Virus record (IMG/VR): IMGVR_UViG_3300020411_004289
Location: 32,001-96,000 of that record
Source of the DNA: a virus
DNA: 64,000 bases
Reading direction: 5' to 3' (one strand)
Positions 47,102 through 55,193 of this stretch are shown in pieces. Every line of letters starts with the position of its first letter. Position 1 is the stretch's first letter. Under the pieces are notes generated by a model that saw nothing but the letters and a program-made list of their open reading frames with translations, did not search any database and was not told the origin of the DNA. The position numbers and the translations under genes were made by a program.

Positions 47102-47386
47102 ATGTCAAGACGAGTCAAAAAAATGACACCTAACATGCTTAAGAGAATGATTGTACAAGAAGCAAGAAAGCTTCGAATGGAAGTTTTGGAAACAGGCGAA
47201 GAAAGTTCTGAAAAAGTTGCTGACAAGGCACCTGAAGTTGACGCCGATGAATATGCTGACTCAATTGAGCAGGATATTGATTGGATGAAGGCACTAAAGA
47301 TTCATGAACGACGCCTCGCAAGAAAACTACAGGAAGTACGATCTGCTAAGCGTCGCATCGGTCGTCGTTTATCTAAAAAGATATAG
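47102..47386 (+). CDS. Small charged head-module protein
   Basis: Strong RBS. LKRMIVQE motif, acidic middle and basic ends. Confidence 0.65.
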   Translation: MSRRVKKMTPNMLKRMIVQEARKLRMEVLETGEESSEKVADKAPEVDADEYADSIEQDIDWMKALKIHERRLARKLQEVRSAKRRIGRRLSKKI

Positions 47387-47395
47387 GAGAGTAAG

Positions 47396-47872
47396 ATGCC
47401 AACACATACACAGGGAACAGTTGACGCACCAGTAACAAAGAGATCTGCTGGAAAAACTGACACGAATGATCTAAAGGCAATTTATAGCCAGAGCCCAATG
47501 TACAAAGGTGAAGTAACGCCGGAGTCAATTAAAGCACAGTTTCAGAATGAAGTAATCGACGCTGTTATTAATGATCAAGGTCATACTTTCGGTACATTTG
47601 ACACAAATTATGTAGATGCGCCTAACTTAGAAGATGTCGAGACAGGCGGTGGCGGCCTCCCGGCTTCGCCATACGTACCAAACCCATCTTCTCCAGGGCC
47701 TGGAAGTATTAATCCAACAGATCAGCCTGAGGCACCAGACGGATATGGTCAAAATGCACCGACCCAATGGGGTTCGGGTGTAGGCCATGCTTTACAGCCT
47801 GCTGATTCTTCTGCCAAGATTTCAGGGCAGAAGCTCGGTGATTATGTAATGGGCAAGTCATCTAAGGAGTAA
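47396..47872 (+). CDS. Pro/Gly-rich hypothetical protein (paralog of next ORF)
   Basis: AGGAG RBS. Shares SP(M/I) and APN...ASPYxPN...NPT with 47879..48508. Confidence 0.7.
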   Translation: MPTHTQGTVDAPVTKRSAGKTDTNDLKAIYSQSPMYKGEVTPESIKAQFQNEVIDAVINDQGHTFGTFDTNYVDAPNLEDVETGGGGLPASPYVPNPSSPGPGSINPTDQPEAPDGYGQNAPTQWGSGVGHALQPADSSAKISGQKLGDYVMGKSSKE

Positions 47873-47878
47873 ATCTAA

Positions 47879-48508
47879 ATGGCTGTTACACAAGACGGCG
47901 GTCATCTGCATACTAGTACAGTTGAGAACATAGGTCCTCAACCTTCCGAAGCCTTAACTAGAACAGGCGGAGAGTTAGCAAAGTCAGATCCTGCAAGATT
48001 GCAAGCAGCCTATCCAAGCTCTCCAATATGGTCAACTGACCCGGGCTTAGGTGGTTATACTGCATCAGCTGTGGCCGGCCTAAAAGGTAACTTGGTAAGA
48101 AATACAGTGAGACCTGGCGACATTTCAGCTGCACAATCTTACTATGGTTTTCCTGCTGCAGTGTCTGAAGATGAAAATACACCATCTACAGGTGATTTGT
48201 CGTATAACGGAGCACCAAACGTAACAGCAGTTACGGTTGACACAAACGGCAAGCCTATTGCTAGTCCTTATATGCCTAACTTATTACCTCCAAACTCTTT
48301 CAATCCTACAGCAGATAACCCGACGCCTGTTGTTCTTACTCCAGAACAGTCACACTCTGCAACAACTCCGTTTCACGGCGACGGGTTAATGAGTCCGCAT
48401 GGAGGAAGTGCAAAAGTTCAAGAAAGCCTCAAACCGGAAGAAGGCGCCGGATCTGATGCTGGTGCAAATCCGCCCCCTGTTGATGGCGGCTCAGGCGGCG
48501 GCGCTTAA
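47879..48508 (+). CDS. Pro/Gly-rich hypothetical protein (paralog of previous ORF)
   Basis: AAGGAG RBS and the shared motifs noted for 47396..47872. Confidence 0.7.
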   Translation: MAVTQDGGHLHTSTVENIGPQPSEALTRTGGELAKSDPARLQAAYPSSPIWSTDPGLGGYTASAVAGLKGNLVRNTVRPGDISAAQSYYGFPAAVSEDENTPSTGDLSYNGAPNVTAVTVDTNGKPIASPYMPNLLPPNSFNPTADNPTPVVLTPEQSHSATTPFHGDGLMSPHGGSAKVQESLKPEEGAGSDAGANPPPVDGGSGGGA

Positions 48509-49092
48509 TGCAATCAAATACACAGATTCCGAAAAATGTAGGCGCTTCGATATCTTCAAGGTATGATGATAGAAAAGGTTTGGGCTACGGCCAGCTAGAT
48601 CAAAAATTTCAAAAATCTCGCCCTGCTGGAAACTCCTTTCCATACAAAGACTTAGACAATTATGAAGAGTCTGATGATGTAAATGATGAGTCCCACGATG
48701 CAGTAAGTAGCAAGGTTTATGACTACCCTAAAACAGATGCTGCTGGTGATGCTAAGGCAACAGATCCACTTTATTTTGTAGGTGCAGCAACAAAGTTGCA
48801 CGCGTGCTTTGAAAAATCAGACGAAATATTATGTGAGATAGAAAAAGCCTCCAAAATGATACCAGTTTTCGATATCATAGAAACAATTGGAGGTTATGAT
48901 ACCTCTAAGGCATTCGACATACGTTCTTATAGAAGGACAGGAACTAAAAAAGGTTGGTCAGAAAGACCTCCGGTAGGAAAAGATGAGTACGAAAAAGAAA
49001 TAGAAGAGGATGAATTTTACAATTTGAAAGATTTGTCTGCAATTCAAAGGCCAACTTTGGGTGAATGTTTCGATTTTCTTAGACATACTTAA
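48508..49092 (+). CDS. Hypothetical protein
   Basis: 194-aa ORF with TAATG overlap. Confidence 0.65.
   Translation: MQSNTQIPKNVGASISSRYDDRKGLGYGQLDQKFQKSRPAGNSFPYKDLDNYEESDDVNDESHDAVSSKVYDYPKTDAAGDAKATDPLYFVGAATKLHACFEKSDEILCEIEKASKMIPVFDIIETIGGYDTSKAFDIRSYRRTGTKKGWSERPPVGKDEYEKEIEEDEFYNLKDLSAIQRPTLGECFDFLRHT
49085..49091 (+). promoter_or_regulatory. Putative late promoter ATACTTA
   Basis: Motif upstream of the scaffold gene start. Confidence 0.55.
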
Positions 49093-49101
49093 TCAGGAAA
49101 C

Positions 49102-50703
49102 ATGGTGGGTGGAATGAGTAAAACACTTTATGAAGAAGCCATTGCTGATGCTAAGCAACTTAGGGAGCTAGCAGAAGATTCTGCAAAAAATCGAGTTATT
49201 GAGGCAGTCATGCCTCAAATTAGAGACTTGGTCAATAGAAGAATCTTAGGCGAGCAAATCGAAGATGGAGCTGCAGCTCTAGGTCTAGAAGACGAAACAG
49301 AATTAAACAGCACTGAAGAAGATCTACCAGGAATCGACGCCGGCGACGAATCTTCTTCTAGTGGGTCAGTTATTAATGTAACAGCCCAGGGCGATGTCAA
49401 TATCGAGGTCGAATCGGAAGAGCCAGAAGGCGATGAAGAAGACGTCGTTTTGACAGATACAATGGCCGAAGCGTTAGGTCGACTAATTCGAGGAGACGTA
49501 GTCGTTGAAAATTCAATTGAGGAAAAGCTAGCTCTATTAGAATCTAGAGTTACCAAACTTAAGATGATTAACGACTATGTTTTTGAGGGTGATTTATCGA
49601 CCTCGCAAAAGTCTAGATTAAACCTTTCTTTCATTCATTGTTTAAGAGAGGCATTAAATTTACGTGGTAAAGTAATACTTAACGAACATGACACTCAAGA
49701 TAAGCTTGAGCGGAGACTATCAGCAATAATCAAGGAGATGAAACAGATGTCAAAGTCAAACCGTCGTAATATCTTCGATTTCCTTTTCGAGGAAGAGGAT
49801 AAGGAGAAAATGAGCGAGCTCGAGGAGGCTGAACTCTCGCTTGAGCTTGAGGATGAAGAGCTTGATTCGCTCGCAGGTGCCGAAGATGTAGATGCAGTAG
49901 ATGCAGCATTAGCGGACATCCTCGGAGACGTCGAGGTAGCCCTCGGCGATGGAGGCGGCGAAGAAGCCGCTGAAGAGGAAGAAGGCGAAGAGCTCGAAAT
50001 GGGAGCAGAAGAAGAAGAATTGGCCGCAGATGAAGAAGCAGGCGAAGATGAGGTTCTCGAAATTGATGAGGGAATGCTTCGCCGAGAGATTCACCGCATG
50101 CGTCGACTTCGTGAGCAAGAGGAAGGACGAGCTGCAGAAGCAGATCCTTATCTAGCACATGACGGAGAAGAAGTAGGCGATGTGGTTCTGGACGTCGATG
50201 AGGACGATCTGATTAACGCACTGGCAGATGAGCTAGGCGATTCAGAGCATACACCTCCCGCGCCAGGCGCTTCCGGAACAGTTGCAGAGATGCGTAGACG
50301 TAGAGCGCGCCGCTCAAGATCACAACGTGTTAATGAGACACGTCAAGTAAAGCAGTATCGTACTGCAGTTGCTGGTCTTAAGAAGCAGCTTGTTGAGATG
50401 AATCTCTTCAATGCAAAACTTCTTTATGCTAACAAGCTAATGCAAAACAAGAATTTAACAACTAAGCAGCAGAGAGCAATTGTTGAGGCCCTTGATAATG
50501 CCAAGACGCTCCGCGAGGCGAAGTTGCTTTACAAGAGCTTGTCGGAGTCCCTCACCCGACGCGCTCGTGGTAAGAAGCTAAATGAGGGATCTTTACGGAC
50601 GCTCGGATCGTCTTCCAGATCAACCCGGTCAGGTCAGCCTGCCAAGAATGGTGTTGAGGCGGATCGATGGGCAGTCCTCGCCGGCATTAACGGCAATGAC
50701 TAA
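49102..50703 (+). CDS. Prohead core/scaffold protein (gp22-like role; start may be 49114)
   Basis: Immediately upstream of the MCP gene and extremely acidic. N-terminal LYEEAIADAKQLRELA, C-terminal coiled coil EMNLFNAKLLYANKL and RWAVLAGI end. Confidence 0.8.
   Translation: MVGGMSKTLYEEAIADAKQLRELAEDSAKNRVIEAVMPQIRDLVNRRILGEQIEDGAAALGLEDETELNSTEEDLPGIDAGDESSSSGSVINVTAQGDVNIEVESEEPEGDEEDVVLTDTMAEALGRLIRGDVVVENSIEEKLALLESRVTKLKMINDYVFEGDLSTSQKSRLNLSFIHCLREALNLRGKVILNEHDTQDKLERRLSAIIKEMKQMSKSNRRNIFDFLFEEEDKEKMSELEEAELSLELEDEELDSLAGAEDVDAVDAALADILGDVEVALGDGGGEEAAEEEEGEELEMGAEEEELAADEEAGEDEVLEIDEGMLRREIHRMRRLREQEEGRAAEADPYLAHDGEEVGDVVLDVDEDDLINALADELGDSEHTPPAPGASGTVAEMRRRRARRSRSQRVNETRQVKQYRTAVAGLKKQLVEMNLFNAKLLYANKLMQNKNLTTKQQRAIVEALDNAKTLREAKLLYKSLSESLTRRARGKKLNEGSLRTLGSSSRSTRSGQPAKNGVEADRWAVLAGINGND
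49675..49749 (+). promoter_or_regulatory. Intragenic late-promoter motif, RBS and in-frame ATG (nested start)
   Basis: ATACTTA at 49675-49681, AAGGAG at 49732-49737, in-frame ATG at 49747. Confidence 0.5.
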
Positions 50704-50731
50704 CCATCTTTTAACCTAAGGAGAAATTAAA

Positions 50732-52636
50732 ATGTCTAAGTCATTTTCATTGAACCAGCTGACCGAAGGTATTCGCCAGAGAAATCTGGGAGGCCAGAAC
50801 AAGCAGTTGGTAGAGAAGTGGTCCCGAACAGGACTTCTTCGTGGTTTGAACGGTGTTCACCGTGAGAACATGGCACGTCTCCTGGAAAACCAGGCAGGCC
50901 AGGTTCTTAAGGAGGCATCTTCAGTTTCAACCGGTGGCGGAAACCTGGCATCGTCAGGCGACCTTCGCGGTTTTACTAATATTGCTTTCCCAATCGTTCG
51001 CCGAGTTTTCGGTGGATTGATTGCAAACGAGCTTGTATCGATCCAGCCGATGAGCCTTCCTTCCGGACTGCTCTTCTACTTGGATTACACATACGGATCA
51101 CAGGTGGGTGGAGTAAATGATTCACGTCCATACACCACCGGATCATCAATTTATAATGCACCTACTGGTAAGGGTGTACGCTCTGGTTCACTAGCAGTTG
51201 GCGGTCAGTATGACCTAGCTGGTACGGGCTATACACGTGTACACGACTCAGTTGCATTCACTGCAACCTCACAGCTACTTCTTTCTGGTGCGGTTCGTGG
51301 AACGAACAACGCAATGACAGCCGGTTCGGTCGCTGAAGCAACAGGATCTGATGGTAAACTTCTACAGTTCGACCCACAGATTGCAGGCGCGATTGAAGGG
51401 AATACAACCCCGGGTGGCAACGCCGGCCCTGGAGTTTACTCTTTTGTTGTTATCGAGACTGACTCTCTTACTAACATCGACAAGACGATGATTAAGGAAG
51501 TTGCTCTTGTTCCAGACGTAGCAGGAACTCTTCCTTCTGGATTGGCCGTTATCGGAGACGATACCAATGGAAACAAGATCCAGGATGGAGACAACCTTCT
51601 TAACGTGCGACGCCTTAACAGACTAGGTACTGTTTCAGGTAACTCATGGACGTCAGCTCCGCTTGCAGACATCAGCGATGCCAATACAGGAATTCTGATG
51701 GTTGTTTCAGGTGCAATCGAAGGCTCGACTGCTGAAGTAGCGAAATTAACAGTTTCGTTCCCAGTAGAGGCTAGCCTCAACAGTGGAACTGGAGATACTC
51801 TTGTAATTCCGGCTTTCGAATCGGATTTTGCAACGTCACCATCGCCGAATATTCCAGAAATCGACATCAAGATCGAGGCCATTGCGGTCGTAGCCAATAC
51901 TCGTAAGCTACGTGCCAAGTGGTCACCAGAACTCGCTCAGGATCTTAACGCTTATCACAGCTTGGACGCTGAGGTGGAGCTCACACAGATCCTCTCCGAG
52001 CAGATTGCTCTAGAGATTGACCGCGAGATTCTTAACGATCTTCTCATGCAGGGTAACGCTGCTAACTACTTCTGGTCACGTGCACCTGGTAAGTTCGTCA
52101 ACAAGGAGACGGGATCTGAGGTTCTAGCTTCGGGTACCAACGCTCCTGGACCTGCTTTCCGTGGAACAGTTCGTGAGTGGTATGAGACTCTTGTTGAGAC
52201 TTGCATCGATGTGGGTAACCAGATCCATCGCAAGACGCTGAGAGGATCAGCTAACTTCGTCGTGGTAGGACCTGACGTTGCTACGATTCTTGAAGCTTCA
52301 GTCTTCTACAAGCCTTCCTACACTCTCGATGGTGATGGACAGGTTGGCGCTCCGATGGTTATCGGTGCCGAGAAGGTTGGAACTCTCAGCAACCGCTTTA
52401 CGGTTTACAAGGATCCTTACTTCCCAAGAAATAAGGTTCTTGTTGGCTACAAGGGCGGAAGCTACCTTGAGACAGGATACGTCTACGCACCTTACGTGCC
52501 GCTGATCGTAACACCTACTATCTTCGCTCCTGAGGACTTCACCCCGAGAAAGGGTGTCATGACTCGCTACGGAAAGAAGATGGTTCGTTCCGACTTCTAC
52601 GGTACAGTTACATGCTTGGACATGAACGTCATCTAA
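50732..52636 (+). CDS. gp23: Major capsid protein (T4 gp23-like)
   Basis: LLENQ, PIVRRVF, VSIQPMSLPSGLLFYL, TRKLRAKWSPELAQDLNAYHSLDAEVEL..EIDREI, GYKG, YAPYVPL and FTPRKGVMTRYG. Strong AAGGAG RBS. Confidence 0.97.
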   Translation: MSKSFSLNQLTEGIRQRNLGGQNKQLVEKWSRTGLLRGLNGVHRENMARLLENQAGQVLKEASSVSTGGGNLASSGDLRGFTNIAFPIVRRVFGGLIANELVSIQPMSLPSGLLFYLDYTYGSQVGGVNDSRPYTTGSSIYNAPTGKGVRSGSLAVGGQYDLAGTGYTRVHDSVAFTATSQLLLSGAVRGTNNAMTAGSVAEATGSDGKLLQFDPQIAGAIEGNTTPGGNAGPGVYSFVVIETDSLTNIDKTMIKEVALVPDVAGTLPSGLAVIGDDTNGNKIQDGDNLLNVRRLNRLGTVSGNSWTSAPLADISDANTGILMVVSGAIEGSTAEVAKLTVSFPVEASLNSGTGDTLVIPAFESDFATSPSPNIPEIDIKIEAIAVVANTRKLRAKWSPELAQDLNAYHSLDAEVELTQILSEQIALEIDREILNDLLMQGNAANYFWSRAPGKFVNKETGSEVLASGTNAPGPAFRGTVREWYETLVETCIDVGNQIHRKTLRGSANFVVVGPDVATILEASVFYKPSYTLDGDGQVGAPMVIGAEKVGTLSNRFTVYKDPYFPRNKVLVGYKGGSYLETGYVYAPYVPLIVTPTIFAPEDFTPRKGVMTRYGKKMVRSDFYGTVTCLDMNVI

Positions 52637-52667
52637 TCACTTGATTAGCCGATCTTAGGATCAAACT

Positions 52668-52705
52668 AAGGCGCCTTGGATTTTCCAAGGCGCCTTTTTT
52701 ATTTT
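52668..52705 (+). terminator. Rho-independent terminator after major capsid gene
   Basis: Perfect 13-bp stem AAGGCGCCTTGGA / TCCAAGGCGCCTT (52668-52680 / 52684-52696) followed by a T-run. Confidence 0.9.
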
Positions 52706-52850
52706 CAAATAACTTTTTTTTGTGTCTTTGAATCAATCTGTGTATTCATCTGTGGACTTGTGCATACATCTTTAAGGGATTGCCTAAGCAAACAACTTAA
52801 ATGCTTTAGAAGTTATGTAGATAATCTCTTCGATTATATACTTGTGAGAC

Positions 52851-52857
52851 ATATTTA
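52851..52857 (+). promoter_or_regulatory. Putative late promoter ATATTTA (near-leaderless)
   Basis: Motif lies 6 nt before ATG 52864, directly after the MCP terminator gap. Confidence 0.55.
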
Positions 52858-52863
52858 TAGATC

Positions 52864-53415
52864 ATGAGTAATAGAAGTTCCCGAGAAAGTATGACTAGAC
52901 TCAAAGCTTTAGTTAATGAACTAAGCGATCGAGATGTGCAGCTCAAAAAAGATTTTGAGTTATTCGAAGAGTTTTTTGAAAACTTTCCAATTCCTGTTAC
53001 CATGTGGTCAATCACAAAGGAAAAGACGGTTTTATCTCAAAGAGGGAATGGTTTTGCATGTCACAAGGCCAAAGACCTAGAATCCTTGTTTTTGTGCCCT
53101 ACAGTTAAGTCTCTCTCCATGGAAAACCATGAAAAAGCTCTTATGGGTGAAAAAGTAGACTACTTCATCAAAACAGATAAAAATGTATACTTTGCGAAAC
53201 TAGTCCCAAGGCTAGATGATAAGGGCGAGATATCAGGAGTATCGGGAATTGCGTGGGATGTAACAAGCAATGCAATCATGTTGGCATGTATTGAAAGCAT
53301 TCATGAATCTACAGTTGGACGAAGAGGTCAGTATAAAGAAATCCATCAGGCTGCAGATAAAGCTCTAGAAGCAAGTCGTCTCCGACGATTGCTTGATGAG
53401 CACGGAGAAGACTAA
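52864..53415 (+). CDS. Stand-alone PAS/PAC-domain protein
   Basis: A coiled coil is followed by FFENFPIPVTMW (PAS entry), HEKALMGE, and AKLVPRLDDKGEISGVSGIAWDVT (PAC hairpin ending in D-V-T). Confidence 0.75.
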   Translation: MSNRSSRESMTRLKALVNELSDRDVQLKKDFELFEEFFENFPIPVTMWSITKEKTVLSQRGNGFACHKAKDLESLFLCPTVKSLSMENHEKALMGEKVDYFIKTDKNVYFAKLVPRLDDKGEISGVSGIAWDVTSNAIMLACIESIHESTVGRRGQYKEIHQAADKALEASRLRRLLDEHGED

Positions 53416-53744
53416 TGTCAAATGATGGCCAAAATGGCTGGAATGAATATTCTAGGTTGGTTCTCAAAGAGCTAGAGTCACTCAACGACAGCATTGAAGG
53501 ACTCAAGTCAGAGCTTCAAGATGTTAAGCAAGAATTAACAAAGCTTCAAGCTAAAGAAGACAAAGTTGATGAACTGCGGCAATGGAAAGAAAGAATAGAT
53601 GATGTTGCTTCACCAACACAAATGCGCGACTTAATAGTTAGTGTAGAAGAGCTTAAAGTTTTTAAAACAAAAGCAATTACGATCTTTGCAGTTGTTCAAT
53701 TTGGAATGGCTGCGGCGATGTGGTTGATGAAAATAATGGAGTAA
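53415..53744 (+). CDS. Coiled-coil protein with single C-terminal TM helix (holin/XhlA-like architecture)
   Basis: Heptad region ELESLNDSIEGLKSELQDVKQEL and hydrophobic AITIFAVVQFGMAAAMWLM. TAATG coupling to the PAS gene. Confidence 0.55.
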   Translation: MSNDGQNGWNEYSRLVLKELESLNDSIEGLKSELQDVKQELTKLQAKEDKVDELRQWKERIDDVASPTQMRDLIVSVEELKVFKTKAITIFAVVQFGMAAAMWLMKIME

Positions 53745-53748
53745 AAAA

Positions 53749-53952
53749 ATGCCAGAAGAAAAAAAGACAACAACAAAAAAGACAACTAAGACATCTGCAG
53801 CAAAAAAAGCCACGCCGAAGTCAACTAAGACAGCTGCTTCTGCTCCTAAGGCTGCAGCACCGGCGCAACCACCTGCTGCTGAGGCAGTGCCTGTGGCAAA
53901 AGCACCGGCCCCTGCTAAAGAAACTCGAGTGCGCAGCCGACGCCGATCTTAG
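53749..53952 (+). CDS. Small Lys/Ala/Pro/Thr-rich basic low-complexity protein
   Basis: GGAG RBS, KKTTTKK..AAKKATPK repeats and an Arg-rich end. Confidence 0.55.
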   Translation: MPEEKKTTTKKTTKTSAAKKATPKSTKTAASAPKAAAPAQPPAAEAVPVAKAPAPAKETRVRSRRRS

Positions 53953-53990
53953 TCAAGCATCATATGATGTTTATGACAAGATCTAAGTCG

Positions 53991-53997
53991 ATATTTA
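53991..53997 (+). promoter_or_regulatory. Putative late promoter ATATTTA
   Basis: Motif upstream of GGAG and ATG 54017. Confidence 0.6.
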
Positions 53998-54016
53998 GTC
54001 ATGTTGGAGATTAAGC

Positions 54017-55192
54017 ATGGCTACATTTGCAAATACAACGAGTCCTACACCATTCGGGTTTTTTGACTCTGACGCAGACTTTCAAACTGAAGCTGACTCA
54101 TTAGTCACGTTTGTAAAGAGAAAGTTGGGTGATGATATCCTGAGTGTCGAGTTGACAAAAAAACAGGTCTGGGCATCTTTTGAAGAAGCATTCTGTGAGT
54201 ATGGTTCGATAATAAATCAATATCAAGCAAAGTCACAGTTAGCAAATCTTCTAGGTGCAGCAACTGGTTCATTGACCGGAAGTGAACAAAGATTTCCTAG
54301 AGAGAATTTTGAGTTCATGCTCCGCAGAGCAGAGCCGTATGCAATGGATGCAGGATTAGGAGGGTCATACAATACATTGTCAGGATCAATTACTGTAAGT
54401 AAAAATGTCCAAGACTATGATTTGTATACTGACTTAAAAGATTCCGACGGCAACGCTTTGTTTGATAACGCGGCAAATTCACCAAAGTCTAGGATGAAAA
54501 TTTTAGAAGTATTTCACTTTACTCCTTCTAATTCATATAGATTTTTTGATACGTCGAGTGCTATAAACTATCTTGCAAATGAGTTTGCTTTTGAGTCATA
54601 CACACCCGAGACTATATTTTATGTTCTTCCTGTATTTGAAGACGTTTTAAGGGGTGGGATGCTAGACATGTCCTCTCGGGTAAGAAGAAGTAACTATTCG
54701 TACAAGATATCTGGCACAAAAATCAGATTCTTTCCAAAACCGACAGGAGATCCAGTTCGCCCAAAAGAGATATGGATACGGGTGGGATTCTCACCTGACC
54801 CAATGAACCCTGCATATAAAGATGAGTCAATCTACGGTGTGAGTAATCTTTCAAATATCCCGTACGGGAGGCTAACTTATGCCAAGATAAACTCTATAGG
54901 CCGACAGTGGATTCGACAATATGCACTAGCACTTTCTAAAGAGCTTTTAGGGCAGATTAGGTCAAAATTTAGCAGTGTACCTATCCCAGGTGCTGATTTG
55001 ACTCTTAACGGTGCTGACCTAATATCACAAGGCAGAGAAGATCAAACTTCTTTAAAAGAAAAACTAACTACAATGTTAGAAGAGCTAACTTACAGCAAAA
55101 TGTTAGAAGACGAAGCTTCAGCCAGTGAAAATTTAACACGTATTCTCAAGAATATTCCTGTGCCTAACGGCAAAGCGATTGTGATGGGCTAA
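54017..55192 (+). CDS. Neck/head-tail adaptor protein (T4 gp13-like)
   Basis: KRKLGDDILSVELTKKQV and WIRQYALALSKELLGQIRSKFSSVPIPGADLTLNGADL are gp13-family motifs. Confidence 0.85.
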   Translation: MATFANTTSPTPFGFFDSDADFQTEADSLVTFVKRKLGDDILSVELTKKQVWASFEEAFCEYGSIINQYQAKSQLANLLGAATGSLTGSEQRFPRENFEFMLRRAEPYAMDAGLGGSYNTLSGSITVSKNVQDYDLYTDLKDSDGNALFDNAANSPKSRMKILEVFHFTPSNSYRFFDTSSAINYLANEFAFESYTPETIFYVLPVFEDVLRGGMLDMSSRVRRSNYSYKISGTKIRFFPKPTGDPVRPKEIWIRVGFSPDPMNPAYKDESIYGVSNLSNIPYGRLTYAKINSIGRQWIRQYALALSKELLGQIRSKFSSVPIPGADLTLNGADLISQGREDQTSLKEKLTTMLEELTYSKMLEDEASASENLTRILKNIPVPNGKAIVMG

Positions 55193-55193
55193 A

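Noticed and set aside
52852-52859. Exact T4 late promoter TATAAATA on the minus strand
   Set aside because: It is simply the reverse complement of one ATATTTA site and leads only to very short minus-strand ORFs. The other motif copies do not give TATAAATA.
52676-52867. 63-aa + strand ORF after MCP
   Set aside because: It starts with TTG inside the terminator stem, has no RBS and runs through the U-tract. The region is better explained as intergenic.
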